Shown: positions 9,430 to 18,102 of the stretch, piece by piece
Layout of the letters: each line of letters begins with the position of its first letter
How positions within the stretch are numbered: the first letter of the stretch is position 1
Origin: a virus
Lineage: Duplodnaviria; Caudoviricetes
DNA: 63,824 nt
Virus record (IMG/VR): IMGVR_UViG_3300048061_000822
Coordinates: 1-63,824 of that record
Direction: 5' to 3' (one strand)
The notes under the pieces: model-generated
Told to the model about the DNA's origin: nothing
Database searches by the model: none
What the model saw: only the letters and a program-made list of their open reading frames with translations
Program-made: the position numbers and the translations under genes

Positions 9430-9678
9430 ATGATAACAACTAATAAGGAATTAAGTTTTCTAATGAAGGGTTCAGATGTGGTGAGGTATTTAGGTTTTTG
9501 TCCCACCACTGGATATAGAATCCTTAAACATTGGGAAAAAGAGGATGTTTTAACGCCAGTACTTTTGCCCGCACTTAAGGGTTTGCGCTACAGACGGGAC
9601 GAGGTGGAACAACTAGCTAAAAATAAAGAAAAGACTGAAACTGTGAAAAGTTTTTTAACTAACGAAAGGAAAAAATAA
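9430..9678 (+). CDS. Excisionase/MerR-like HTH protein
   Basis: LMKGSDVVRYLGFCPTTGYRILKHWEKE...LRYRRDEVEQL pattern. Confidence 0.6.
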   Translation: MITTNKELSFLMKGSDVVRYLGFCPTTGYRILKHWEKEDVLTPVLLPALKGLRYRRDEVEQLAKNKEKTETVKSFLTNERKK

Positions 9679-10323
9679 ATGGACATTGAAAAGATTGGTG
9701 CTCCAACTCCACCCAAGAGAGTTGGACAAAAACCCGGAAAAGGTGGGAACAAAATGGACTATGTGACCGCGAGGTTTTGCATGGACAGATTAGACCAAAG
9801 TGTAGGTCCACAGAATTGGAAAAATGAATACAAAGAAGTCGGCGGACACCTTATTTGCGGAGTTTCCGTAAAGTGTGATGGTGAATGGGTAACCAAATGG
9901 GACGTTGGTACCGAGTCGAATTTCGAAGCTGAGAAAGGACATTTCTCGGATGCTTTTAAAAGAGCATGTGTGCATTGGGGAATTGGCAGAGACCTTTATA
10001 AAGAGCCGACTGAGTCTTTCGTGAAGCAGGGGAAGGGGAAAAAAAGTGGGAATAGTGCCGTGGTAAGCACTGAACCTTCCCCTGTTTCCGTTTCAGAAGA
10101 AAAGGTAGAAACTGAATTGGTTGTAGATTCATGGGATTCAGTTCAGGTTCATTTTGGTAAGAATGCAGGAGTTCCATTAGGTGACCTAAAACCAAACCAA
10201 TTAGAGTGGTACCAAACTAAATGGTCGATAGGAGATAAACCGTCGGACGATGATTTATTACTCAGAAAGGCATTGGATAAGTCCATGAAAAAGGGGGGCA
10301 CGAAAGATGGCTTCGGAGGATGA
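9679..10323 (+). CDS. Rad52/Sak-family single-strand annealing protein
   Basis: YVTARFCMDRLD...GPQNW...KWDVG...EKG..SDAFKRACVHWGIGRDLY. Confidence 0.88.
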   Translation: MDIEKIGAPTPPKRVGQKPGKGGNKMDYVTARFCMDRLDQSVGPQNWKNEYKEVGGHLICGVSVKCDGEWVTKWDVGTESNFEAEKGHFSDAFKRACVHWGIGRDLYKEPTESFVKQGKGKKSGNSAVVSTEPSPVSVSEEKVETELVVDSWDSVQVHFGKNAGVPLGDLKPNQLEWYQTKWSIGDKPSDDDLLLRKALDKSMKKGGTKDGFGG

Positions 10324-11401
10324 ACGAGAAGGTTTGCCATCTGCGTCAGGTATTGAGCAAATGAAGCTCTGTCCTGGTAGTTGGAACTATCAGAAAATGT
10401 TTCCCTCTAGCGGAGGAAGTGATGCGAATGAAGGCACCATCAGGCATGACCTAATTGAACAGGTCATACGGGGGGACATAACATTGGATTCCATAGAGGA
10501 CGAACAACAACACGAATGCACCAAAAGGGCGTTAATGTTACTCGAAAAAGTTGAGCTAGAAGCAGGGGTCTCCAACCATTCCAACCAATGGTTGGAAAAA
10601 AGACTTTGGCTGAACCAAAATGAGGATAAGGTTTATTCCGCCAAATATGACCTTCTGCGGGAGTATGAGGGTGGCATATACCTTCTAGTGGATTGGAAGA
10701 CATTATATGGTGACCATACCCCTGCTCCTGATAATATTCAGTTGCTCGCTCAGGCGTTAGCGGTTTACAGAAATAGTGAGGGAATGACCAAAATGTACTG
10801 CTCATTAGTTGAGCCGTTCCCCTCCCCTTCTTTTAGCTTAGTAGAGTATTCAACCGAAAGGTTGGAACAACTAGAAAACCTAGTGACAACAATTGTTTCG
10901 GAGGCAAGCAAGGAAACCGCTCAAAAAGTTGTTGGGCTCAAGCAGTGCAAATTTTGCAATGGTTTAGCTCATTGCAATGAGGTCGCAACTGAAATTCGTG
11001 ATATTTCAGAAAAATCAGAAATTACGGATTTGAGCAAAGCACTAGAATTAGCACTTCTGGCAGATAAATGGGCAAGTGCAGTAAAATCTAGAGCAAAGGA
11101 GCATTTGGGCGATGGTAATGAATTGGAGGGTTGGAAGTTACGCTCAAGTGGGAAAGTAAAATCCATAAGTGACGCCAACCTTTGCGCTGAAAGACTCATG
11201 GACACCAACCAACTAAAATGGGCAGACTTACTGAAGACTACTAGTATTTCTATATCTAAGCTAATCAAAGTTTGGATGGAAAGTAGAAATGAAAGTGGCG
11301 CCACATTGAACCGTAAGGACGCGGTAGCAGAATTGGAACAAATCCTTGAAGGTGTAATTACCGAAAAACCTAAAGCGGAGGCGCTAGTTAAAGCGAAATG
11401 A
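10307..11401 (+). CDS. PD-(D/E)XK exonuclease (DUF2800/Cas4-like)
   Basis: PSAS...CPGS, EGT..H, YDL..VDWKT, QL..QA, CKFC.....C motifs; paired with the SSAP. Confidence 0.8.
   Translation: MASEDEREGLPSASGIEQMKLCPGSWNYQKMFPSSGGSDANEGTIRHDLIEQVIRGDITLDSIEDEQQHECTKRALMLLEKVELEAGVSNHSNQWLEKRLWLNQNEDKVYSAKYDLLREYEGGIYLLVDWKTLYGDHTPAPDNIQLLAQALAVYRNSEGMTKMYCSLVEPFPSPSFSLVEYSTERLEQLENLVTTIVSEASKETAQKVVGLKQCKFCNGLAHCNEVATEIRDISEKSEITDLSKALELALLADKWASAVKSRAKEHLGDGNELEGWKLRSSGKVKSISDANLCAERLMDTNQLKWADLLKTTSISISKLIKVWMESRNESGATLNRKDAVAELEQILEGVITEKPKAEALVKAK
10447..10466. promoter_or_regulatory. 20-bp palindromic motif copy, intragenic (TGACCTAA-TTGA-ACAGGTCA)
   Basis: Exact TGACC-N10-GGTCA. Confidence 0.55.
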
Positions 11402-11736
11402 GTGATGAAAAAGGGAGAAATTCTAAACTTCAAAATCAAAAAGAGAATACCATCACTAAACCAACTTCTCAGGTGGGGTCCATGGGAAAGGTTGAAGGAG
11501 AAGAAAGCGATGAACAAAGAAGTGGGCCTCGCCATCATGTCAGAATTAAAAGCCGTAGAGTCAGGCTCCTCGACATCGACAACCTCTATGGGGGAAGCAA
11601 GCACCTCATCGATTCGCTCAGGCTGTCAGGCGTTATTCCTGACGACGACCCCGCAAGCATCACCCTTCAAGTCACGGAAGAAAAAATCAAGGGCTACAAA
11701 AATGAGGAAACAGAAGTGGAGGTAAAATGTGTGTGA
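11398..11736 (+). CDS. RusA-like resolvase, catalytic portion
   Basis: RLLDIDNL...KHLIDSLRLSGVIPDDD; ATGA-coupled to the nuclease stop. Confidence 0.7.
   Translation: MSDEKGRNSKLQNQKENTITKPTSQVGSMGKVEGEESDEQRSGPRHHVRIKSRRVRLLDIDNLYGGSKHLIDSLRLSGVIPDDDPASITLQVTEEKIKGYKNEETEVEVKCV
11402..11725 (+). CDS. Overlapping ORF carrying a RusA-like N-terminal motif
   Basis: LNFKIKKRIPSLNQLLRWGPWERLKEKK resembles the PSLN N-terminus of phage RusA-like proteins. Confidence 0.55.
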   Translation: MMKKGEILNFKIKKRIPSLNQLLRWGPWERLKEKKAMNKEVGLAIMSELKAVESGSSTSTTSMGEASTSSIRSGCQALFLTTTPQASPFKSRKKKSRATKMRKQKWR

Positions 11737-12442
11737 AAGACAAAGATTTACTATCCGGACTTCTGACGAAATCGTCCGTAGGATTGAGGCTTTATCGAGC
11801 ATTTCGGGTGAGTCGAAGAATAGTGTGGCAAATGTTCTTCTTGCCATGCAATTGGGTGGCGTCACATGTGGCGCCACATCTGAAAAAGGTAAAGTGGGTG
11901 AGAATAATGAGGAAAGCGAGACTACTACTATGGTTGAGCATAACTCCACTTATAATTCTGAAAAGAAAAGTGGCGCCACATCGAAATCTAAAAACAAAAG
12001 GGTTTCCTCTCCCCCCACACCCCCCTCTTCTTCCCAAAAGAAAAAGGATATACTACGTATATCCCAAAAAGAAAAAGTTTCTTCTCAAATTGGGCATGGA
12101 AGAAAGCCAAAAGATTTCAATCAATGCTTGGAATATTTCAAGCAGAGACGGATTCCCGACGCTGAATCAAAATCGAGAGAGTTCTTCGATTTCTACGAAG
12201 CGAATGGATGGTTCCAAGGGAAAGGGAAGCCAATTCGAAAGTGGGGTTGCTGTCTCACCATTTGGATTTCAAACAACCCCTCATGGAAACCCGAAGAGAC
12301 GGAAGAATCAAGGGATGGTGCGAACTTGGAAGCTGTATTGGCATGGATGCAAAAGACGCATGTCGAGTGGTATGAAAAGTTTAAGGACGCTAAAAATATT
12401 AACGAAATAGACGGATTTTATATTGATGAATTTAGAAATTAA
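11729..12442 (+). CDS. Putative replication initiator
   Basis: GTG after GGAGGT; N-terminal RHH-like segment, SPPTPP linker, FFDFYEANGW...KPIRKW domain; directly before DnaB; contains internal repeats. Confidence 0.65.
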   Translation: MCERQRFTIRTSDEIVRRIEALSSISGESKNSVANVLLAMQLGGVTCGATSEKGKVGENNEESETTTMVEHNSTYNSEKKSGATSKSKNKRVSSPPTPPSSSQKKKDILRISQKEKVSSQIGHGRKPKDFNQCLEYFKQRRIPDAESKSREFFDFYEANGWFQGKGKPIRKWGCCLTIWISNNPSWKPEETEESRDGANLEAVLAWMQKTHVEWYEKFKDAKNINEIDGFYIDEFRN

Positions 12443-13706
12443 AAATTATGACACGGACATCGAAGCAGGGTTGCTTGGGTGCATTGGGAAAAATACAGAA
12501 AATTGGGCAGATGCCCTCGAACGTGGGTTCTCGCCAGAATGGTTCATGAATCCGCTACATTACCGAATTGCGGAGCAAATGCTGTCAGAAGACAAAAAAG
12601 GGAAAGAGGTGGATGATATTTCTATTGCTTTCTCAATGCCCGAGGAATCAAGAGCAGAAGTTATTGAAGCTTTCGACAGGGTTGAGACTACTGCACATTT
12701 CAACAAATTCTTAGAAGAAATAGAGGGTTTATGGCTCAAGCGAAAAACAATTGAAGCATGTCATGGAATTATTCAAATGGCGTCTGAAAGAGGGAGCCGT
12801 GCTTTGGATGTTGTTGAGAAAGGTGGAAGTGAATTTTCTCAGCTTTCCTTGAAGGAAAAATCAAAACTTAAAACGGGTGCGGAAGTTGTTCAAGCAGCAT
12901 GGGAAGGCATTCTCGAAAGACAGAAAGTGGGTGGCGTAAATGGAGTCCCAAGCGGAATTAAATCATTGGATAAGATGTGTTGTGGTTGGCAGAAAAACGA
13001 CCTAATTACGCTTGCGGCACGGACAAGCGTGGGTAAGACCGCATTTTCCATTGAAATGGCATTGGGGGCTTTGCGGGCAGGAAAGACGGTACAATTCTTT
13101 TCACTCGAAATGGTTAATGAATCTGTGATGGAGCGAATGCTCGCAAATGTCTCAGGAGTACCCGTAAGAGTCATGGTCGATAAGGTGATGACTGAGGGTC
13201 AAATAAAGGCAGTGGAGAAGGCGAGACAGTTCCTATCAGTCGCACCATTATTCATGGAGGATGCGGGAGATATGACAGTTTCCACTATTCGTGCTAAAGC
13301 TAGGAAATTAGCTAGAAAAGGATTGGATATGATTGTGGTCGATTACTGCCAAATTGTTAAACCGGAAGACTCTAAGATTTCAAGAGAGCAACAAGTATCA
13401 TCGATTACATGGGGTCTAAAAACACTAGCTAAGGAATTAAAAATTCCAGTAATTATGTTGAGTCAGGTAAACCGAAATGCGGACGGGACAAATGCATGCC
13501 CTAGACTTTCCGACTTAGCCGATTCCGATAAAGTGGGCAGAGATGCTGATCTAGTTCTGATGCTTTGGAAAAAAGACGATGGCTCAGAAACTAAAACTTT
13601 TATCGAAGTTGCAAAACAAAGAAATGGAAGACTTGGACCTATTGAGTTGGATTTCAAGGCTTCTTTACAAAAATTTGAGGAGAAAATTACTTCTTCTTTA
13701 AACTAA
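12423..13706 (+). CDS. dnaB: Replicative DnaB-family helicase
   Basis: AARTSVGKT, FFSLEM, VVDYCQ, LSQVNR, PRLSDL, AKQRNG. Confidence 0.93.
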   Translation: MMNLEIKNYDTDIEAGLLGCIGKNTENWADALERGFSPEWFMNPLHYRIAEQMLSEDKKGKEVDDISIAFSMPEESRAEVIEAFDRVETTAHFNKFLEEIEGLWLKRKTIEACHGIIQMASERGSRALDVVEKGGSEFSQLSLKEKSKLKTGAEVVQAAWEGILERQKVGGVNGVPSGIKSLDKMCCGWQKNDLITLAARTSVGKTAFSIEMALGALRAGKTVQFFSLEMVNESVMERMLANVSGVPVRVMVDKVMTEGQIKAVEKARQFLSVAPLFMEDAGDMTVSTIRAKARKLARKGLDMIVVDYCQIVKPEDSKISREQQVSSITWGLKTLAKELKIPVIMLSQVNRNADGTNACPRLSDLADSDKVGRDADLVLMLWKKDDGSETKTFIEVAKQRNGRLGPIELDFKASLQKFEEKITSSLN

Positions 13707-13726
13707 AACAATAAAACAATAATACT

Positions 13727-14113
13727 ATGAACTTAAGCAAGTTTACATTTATGGGTCGTCTAGTTGCAGACCCAGAGACAAAAAAGACGGAAAACGGACA
13801 GTTGACCAAGGTACGAGTTGCAGTAAATCGCAAAGTCGGAGGAGAAGACCAGGCATCTTTCTTTGCGGTCGAAGGATGGGATAAAGTAGCAGAACGCCTA
13901 GCCACATTAAGTAAGGGGCAACCCGCTTATTTTGAGGGTGAAATCTTCGTTCGTCAATGGGAAGCAAAGGATAAAAGTGGAAAAGTTATTCGGGATGATA
14001 ACGGAAAGCCTGTTATGCGCTCCAAGGATACTTACAAATGTTTCCAGATGAGATATTTGAGCACAAAATCGGAACAGACTCAGGAAGGTCTAGAGGAAGA
14101 TGCACCATGGTAA
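13727..14113 (+). CDS. ssb: Single-stranded DNA-binding protein
   Basis: GRLVADPE, VAVNR, LSKGQ..YFEG, acidic EEDAPW tail. Confidence 0.9.
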   Translation: MNLSKFTFMGRLVADPETKKTENGQLTKVRVAVNRKVGGEDQASFFAVEGWDKVAERLATLSKGQPAYFEGEIFVRQWEAKDKSGKVIRDDNGKPVMRSKDTYKCFQMRYLSTKSEQTQEGLEEDAPW

Positions 14114-14124
14114 AGGAGGAAGTT

Positions 14125-15048
14125 ATGCAAACACACTATAATATTAAAACTGAAATAAGAAACGGAAATACAATTTCTGTTATAACGCCTACTACTGCTG
14201 AAAAAATATTTAAAGAGCGTTGTAGTAATCGACCCTTACATCTTCCAACAGCAAGAATTTACGCTAAAGCTATGGAAGTTGGTAAATGGAAAGCTAGTAG
14301 TCAGATTAGCTTTTGCAATGGAAGGTTAGATGATGGTCAGCACAGAATGATGGCTTCCATGATAAGTGGTAAAGATTTCGAAGGCAGTGTTTATTACCAT
14401 GATGAACCTGACACCTTTGCTGTATTTGATAGCGGAAGGAAGAGGTCAAATGCCGATGTGTTGAGTATAAATGGAAAAAAATATGGTCAAAACTTAAGTT
14501 CCTGCCTACAGGTGCTTGAGAAAATTAACTCAAAGTCTGGCTTACCAAAAGGTGTGGGTGGACAAAGTAGGGTACTTATTCAACCTTATGAAATCATGGA
14601 TGTCTTAGATAAATACCCTGATGTAGAATATTCAGTTGCCCAAGTATACAACAACCAAAAATATAATTCATTACCATCTGCATCTGCATCTGCATTGCAT
14701 TATGTTATACGAAAAGCATTAGGGGGTGAGCACAAGCATTTAGTGGATATATTCATTGTTGATAAGCTTTTTAAGGGTTTAGAACTTAAAGAGGATGACC
14801 CAGTGTATGCTCTAAGAAAACACCTACAAAACTTAAAAAGAATTTGTACAACGGGTGCGCAAGCTATTCCTCATCATGATTTATTTTTTGGAGGTATACA
14901 TATTTGGAATAAATGGATAGTCGGAAAACCATGCAGATTACTGCGTATTCCTAACAACATAACACACACACCCGAAATATTAATCCCGAAAAAAAATCTT
15001 CGTTTCGAAAAATTAGAAGATTTAAAAAAGTTCTCTTGGACTGATTAA
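14125..15048 (+). CDS. ParB/Srx-like (DGQHR) protein
   Basis: NRPL...YAKAM..GKW...LDDGQHRMMA...FD.GRKRS; AGGAGG before ATG 14125. Confidence 0.65.
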   Translation: MQTHYNIKTEIRNGNTISVITPTTAEKIFKERCSNRPLHLPTARIYAKAMEVGKWKASSQISFCNGRLDDGQHRMMASMISGKDFEGSVYYHDEPDTFAVFDSGRKRSNADVLSINGKKYGQNLSSCLQVLEKINSKSGLPKGVGGQSRVLIQPYEIMDVLDKYPDVEYSVAQVYNNQKYNSLPSASASALHYVIRKALGGEHKHLVDIFIVDKLFKGLELKEDDPVYALRKHLQNLKRICTTGAQAIPHHDLFFGGIHIWNKWIVGKPCRLLRIPNNITHTPEILIPKKNLRFEKLEDLKKFSWTD

Positions 15049-15452
15049 TGTCCGATTGGGCTCAGAGTAAACACGGAAATTGGGACATCTCTCTCGAATT
15101 TGGCGAGCACCATGAAAATGAGGTTCGTCAAATTTTCGAGGGAGATGGAACAATTGAAGTAAAAGCAGATAAGGCGTGGCATAAAACAGGTAATATTGCC
15201 ATTGAGTATAAATTTAGAAACAAGCCTTCGGGTATATCAACAACAGAAGCAAAATGGTGGTGCGTGGTACTGACAAACAAAATGAATCCAAGGAAAAGCG
15301 ATGCAATATTAGTCTGCGACGTAGTCAGGCTAAGGACTCACTTAAAATCAATGTTCCACAATTTACGGAAAGTGAATGGTGGTTTCAAGAATGCATCGAG
15401 ACTACTGCTTGTTCCAGTGGAGATGTTTCTACCGATTACTACAAAACACTAG
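15048..15452 (+). CDS. Small PD-(D/E)XK-like nuclease-family protein
   Basis: IEVKAD..WHKTGNIAIEY...KPSGISTTEA.WW. Confidence 0.55.
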   Translation: MSDWAQSKHGNWDISLEFGEHHENEVRQIFEGDGTIEVKADKAWHKTGNIAIEYKFRNKPSGISTTEAKWWCVVLTNKMNPRKSDAILVCDVVRLRTHLKSMFHNLRKVNGGFKNASRLLLVPVEMFLPITTKH

Positions 15453-15498
15453 CATGGATGTGGGACACTCAAGATGTAGTTTGCCCACCAAACGAAAG

Positions 15499-15681
15499 AT
15501 GAAGTTAAAAAAATTTGAAATTATGGGATACGGAAGATTGAAAAATCCACGTATTAAAAAAATTAAAGTACTGCTTGAAGTACAAAAACGAAATGAAGAT
15601 GAAGCAATTCGTCAGGGTAAAAATTATGCGAAGATGATGGGTTATGAGTTTTCGCACGTAATAGATAGGGGGAAAATATGA
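15499..15681 (+). CDS. Hypothetical protein
   Basis: MKLKKFEIMGYG..., in the operon. Confidence 0.45.
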   Translation: MKLKKFEIMGYGRLKNPRIKKIKVLLEVQKRNEDEAIRQGKNYAKMMGYEFSHVIDRGKI

Positions 15682-15763
15682 AATGGGAAGATATGCATAA
15701 AGACTCGGGGTTTATTTTATTAATGGTCTTAATAGTTATGATATGGGGGTGGCTAATTACAAA

Positions 15764-15967
15764 ATGACAAAGATAGAAGAGTTAGAAAAAGAGGTTATTC
15801 TCAGACAGAATGCTATTAGAATTTGCAAACAACCTGACCTTGTAAAAATATTGAAAGATAATTTAATACTGGTGCAAAATGAGTTGGTTGCACTTTTAAA
15901 AAAGCCAAAAAACATTATGAATGAACCAACAATCCATGTGACTGAAAGGGATAATGGCGTTCACTAA
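15764..15967 (+). CDS. Hypothetical protein
   Basis: Short helical ORF in the operon. Confidence 0.45.
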   Translation: MTKIEELEKEVILRQNAIRICKQPDLVKILKDNLILVQNELVALLKKPKNIMNEPTIHVTERDNGVH

Positions 15968-16199
15968 TGTTGAGCCGTATGATGATGGCACTTACCTGGT
16001 TCGTTCGCTCAAAAATCCAAGCGTTTGTCATTTAGTTGATATAAATGGATATGATGGATTTGGGGAATGTGATTGTGAATGGTTTGTGTGTAGTGTGGGG
16101 CCAAAATTAAAAAAAGGAATTAAACCTTTTAAAACATGTCGCCATCTCAAGGCGGTACGGGGTTATCTTCTTCTCCAGCAAAGTCGTCATCATCACTAA
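15954..16199 (+). CDS. SWIM-type zinc-finger protein
   Basis: Y.V.S...CDC..F...CRHL. Confidence 0.6.
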   Translation: MAFTNVEPYDDGTYLVRSLKNPSVCHLVDINGYDGFGECDCEWFVCSVGPKLKKGIKPFKTCRHLKAVRGYLLLQQSRHHH

Positions 16200-16410
16200 T
16201 CATAACCGCATTCTCCATTAGAAGTAATGTAGCTACTTTGTGCATACACCCTGCCATGGTTTGATGATTAAGTCTTGGTTCTAAGGGAGAATTTAAAACT
16301 TTTGCATCCGGGGAATCTGCGTCACCTTCTGTGTATTTGGTTATCAGATTTTCCAAATCCATTTCAAACTGATCAGTTTGTTCATGGTAATCCTTACTCA
16401 TATCAACCAC
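16147..16410 (-). CDS. Acidic hypothetical protein
   Basis: Last gene of the leftward block. Confidence 0.5.
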   Translation of the reverse strand: MVDMSKDYHEQTDQFEMDLENLITKYTEGDADSPDAKVLNSPLEPRLNHQTMAGCMHKVATLLLMENAVMISDDDDFAGEEDNPVPP

Positions 16411-16682
16411 CCATTTTCTCTGCTCTCTGACGGGTTTCTATGGATGTAATCATGGCAATCCCTGCATACCCCCATCCAGGTGCTTATATCAAGGTAGAAA
16501 CGCCCCCTGCCAGCCTTGTGGTGGATATCTAACTTCTTCATTTTCCCACATTTTTCACATGGCTTGTTTTTAAGGAATTCATTCCCTAATTTCTTATACT
16601 CCTGGAACTCCCTTTGGCGTTTCTTGCTTACTCTCCTTAGTGGACTTCTCTTCATTTTTAAATTTAAATTCTTTCCCGCCAA
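16398..16682 (-). CDS. HNH-type zinc-binding nuclease-like protein
   Basis: CEKC...DIHHKAGRG...VCRDCHDYIH. Confidence 0.75.
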   Translation of the reverse strand: MAGKNLNLKMKRSPLRRVSKKRQREFQEYKKLGNEFLKNKPCEKCGKMKKLDIHHKAGRGRFYLDISTWMGVCRDCHDYIHRNPSESRENGWLI

Positions 16683-16821
16683 ACTCGTAACCTGGATCTA
16701 CCAATGGGGGTGGTTCATCAAATCCACGTTTTTTCCAAAAATACCTCCACCCTCGATCAATCTCTTCTATTAATTCCAAGTTACTTAAATGTTGCTTCTG
16801 TGACATCGCCGTTATCTTCAA
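16594..16821 (-). CDS. Hypothetical protein
   Basis: Short ORF overlapping both neighbours. Confidence 0.4.
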   Translation of the reverse strand: MKITAMSQKQHLSNLELIEEIDRGWRYFWKKRGFDEPPPLVDPGYEFGGKEFKFKNEEKSTKESKQETPKGVPGV

Positions 16822-16957
16822 TTGCTCGGGTGGTAATTTTTACAACATCTAGAAACATTTCAATCTTACCCACTAAAAACTCTTCCCAATCCCACCTAGA
16901 ACTTGATGTTATAACTGTATATTCAGTCTTATCAGTTCTTAGTATGTGAGTGTGCAT
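16781..16957 (-). CDS. Hypothetical protein (58 aa, not in ORF track)
   Basis: MHTHILRTDKTEYTVITSSSRWDWEEF...; ATG overlaps the upstream stop. Confidence 0.45.
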   Translation of the reverse strand: MHTHILRTDKTEYTVITSSSRWDWEEFLVGKIEMFLDVVKITTRAIEDNGDVTEATFK

Positions 16958-17253
16958 CACTTAACTCTTAGTTCATCAAGGTGCGCATCAATCTTATCGA
17001 GTCTTTCTTTAATTAACTCGATGTTCATGTTTTGCATAACATCTGCAGGAAGTTCACCCTCTCTCGGCCATTTTATCCGGAATTCGCTATTGAGTTCTAT
17101 TTCGTGTCGCATCCTAATTACATCATTTTCAAGTGATGTTGTATCTGCCTTAAACTCAGCTATTAACCATACCGCACTCCCCACGAGAGCGATTACTTTG
17201 GCGGCAAAAGCAAGCTGTACTTTAGCGGAAGCGTTCTCATTTATCTCGGTCAT
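16957..17253 (-). CDS. Membrane-anchored coiled-coil protein
   Basis: N-terminal hydrophobic helix then coiled coil. Confidence 0.55.
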   Translation of the reverse strand: MTEINENASAKVQLAFAAKVIALVGSAVWLIAEFKADTTSLENDVIRMRHEIELNSEFRIKWPREGELPADVMQNMNIELIKERLDKIDAHLDELRVK

Positions 17254-17501
17254 CGCATTGACTTCTTACCACGGCATTTCCACTTCTTACGGGATAGAGC
17301 ATTAGCACAGGGTGGTTTCTTACACTTCTTAATACCTGCAGACCTAGCACAGTAGGCATCCGCCTTCTTGGTCGACGGCTGAATTCTATCTTTACCATTC
17401 TTGGCCTTACCCTTCTGCCCAAAGCTACGGCACTTGCCATTTACCCGTTTGGCAAATCGCTTACCCTTGGTGGGTTTACATGCTTTCTTTCTAGCTGGCA
17501 T
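17250..17501 (-). CDS. Small Lys/Cys-rich basic protein
   Basis: SFGQKG...KKADAYCARSAGIK...NALSRKKWKC. Confidence 0.65.
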   Translation of the reverse strand: MPARKKACKPTKGKRFAKRVNGKCRSFGQKGKAKNGKDRIQPSTKKADAYCARSAGIKKCKKPPCANALSRKKWKCRGKKSMR

Positions 17502-17602
17502 TAGTATTTCCTCTTAGTGGGTTTTTTCTTCGCAGGTTTTTTCTTTGCAGATTTTCTTTTTTTACCCGCACATTTCATACAACAAGCTCCTCCTTTTTTC
17601 AT
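17501..17602 (-). CDS. 33-aa Lys-rich peptide (not in ORF track)
   Basis: MKKGGACCMKCAGKKRKSAKKKPAKKKPTKRKY; stop/start coupled on both sides. Confidence 0.55.
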   Translation of the reverse strand: MKKGGACCMKCAGKKRKSAKKKPAKKKPTKRKY

Positions 17603-17709
17603 TTCTTTTTCTTACATTTCTTAGCTCTCTTACAAGCTGTGGGTGAAGGACATCCCCTGCATGGTTTAAATGCTTTGGATTTGGTTTTAGATTTTTTTCC
17701 GTATTTCAT
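17599..17709 (-). CDS. 36-aa Lys/Cys-rich peptide (not in ORF track)
   Basis: MKYGKKSKTKSKAFKPCRGCPSPTACKRAKKCKKKK; ATGA-coupled. Confidence 0.55.
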   Translation of the reverse strand: MKYGKKSKTKSKAFKPCRGCPSPTACKRAKKCKKKK

Positions 17710-17933
17710 TTCTTTTTCTTTTTAGATGTTTTCTTTTTCCACGAAATTCGAGCCGGTCCAGTTTTCTTTTTCTTAGCTGAGGTACATTGTGCCTTAGTGG
17801 GTCTACATGCAGGATATGGTCGCTTGCTCTTTCCTTTGGCTGACTTCCTACCGCATGGTTTGCCCGTTTTGCAATCAATCCACCCCTTACCGCCATTACG
17901 CCCAAACCATTTTCTGAGACCCTCCTTTGCCAT
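17706..17933 (-). CDS. Small basic protein (DUF5872-like)
   Basis: GLRKWF...WIDCKTGKPCGRK...PYPACRP. Confidence 0.65.
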   Translation of the reverse strand: MAKEGLRKWFGRNGGKGWIDCKTGKPCGRKSAKGKSKRPYPACRPTKAQCTSAKKKKTGPARISWKKKTSKKKKK

Positions 17934-17934
17934 G

Positions 17935-18102
17935 CTACTTCTTCTTCGACTTATTCCCCCAGTTCTTGGCACCCACCTTTCGACATTTAACTAATGCACC
18001 ACTTCCATATGCGCTTGGCCATGTACCCCCACCTTTTGTGTACCTTCTTTTAACCTTACTATAGCAGGCATCCTTCTTAGCCTTTGCTTTTTTCTTAGCC
18101 AT
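17935..18102 (-). CDS. 55-aa basic protein (not in ORF track)
   Basis: [21 protein letters not shown]...WPSAYGSGALVKCRKVGAKNWG; start overlaps the fibre stop. Confidence 0.65.
   Translation of the reverse strand: MAKKKAKAKKDACYSKVKRRYTKGGGTWPSAYGSGALVKCRKVGAKNWGNKSKKK

Larger units (their letters stand above)
11293..11981. repeat. AAGTGGCG(C/T)CACAT iteron/operator-like repeats
   Basis: Copies at 11293-11306, 11856-11867 (partial), 11866-11879 (1 mismatch), 11968-11981. Confidence 0.65.

Noticed and set aside
10307-11401. CRISPR-associated cas4
   Set aside because: No array or other cas genes; pairing with Sak indicates a phage recombination exonuclease
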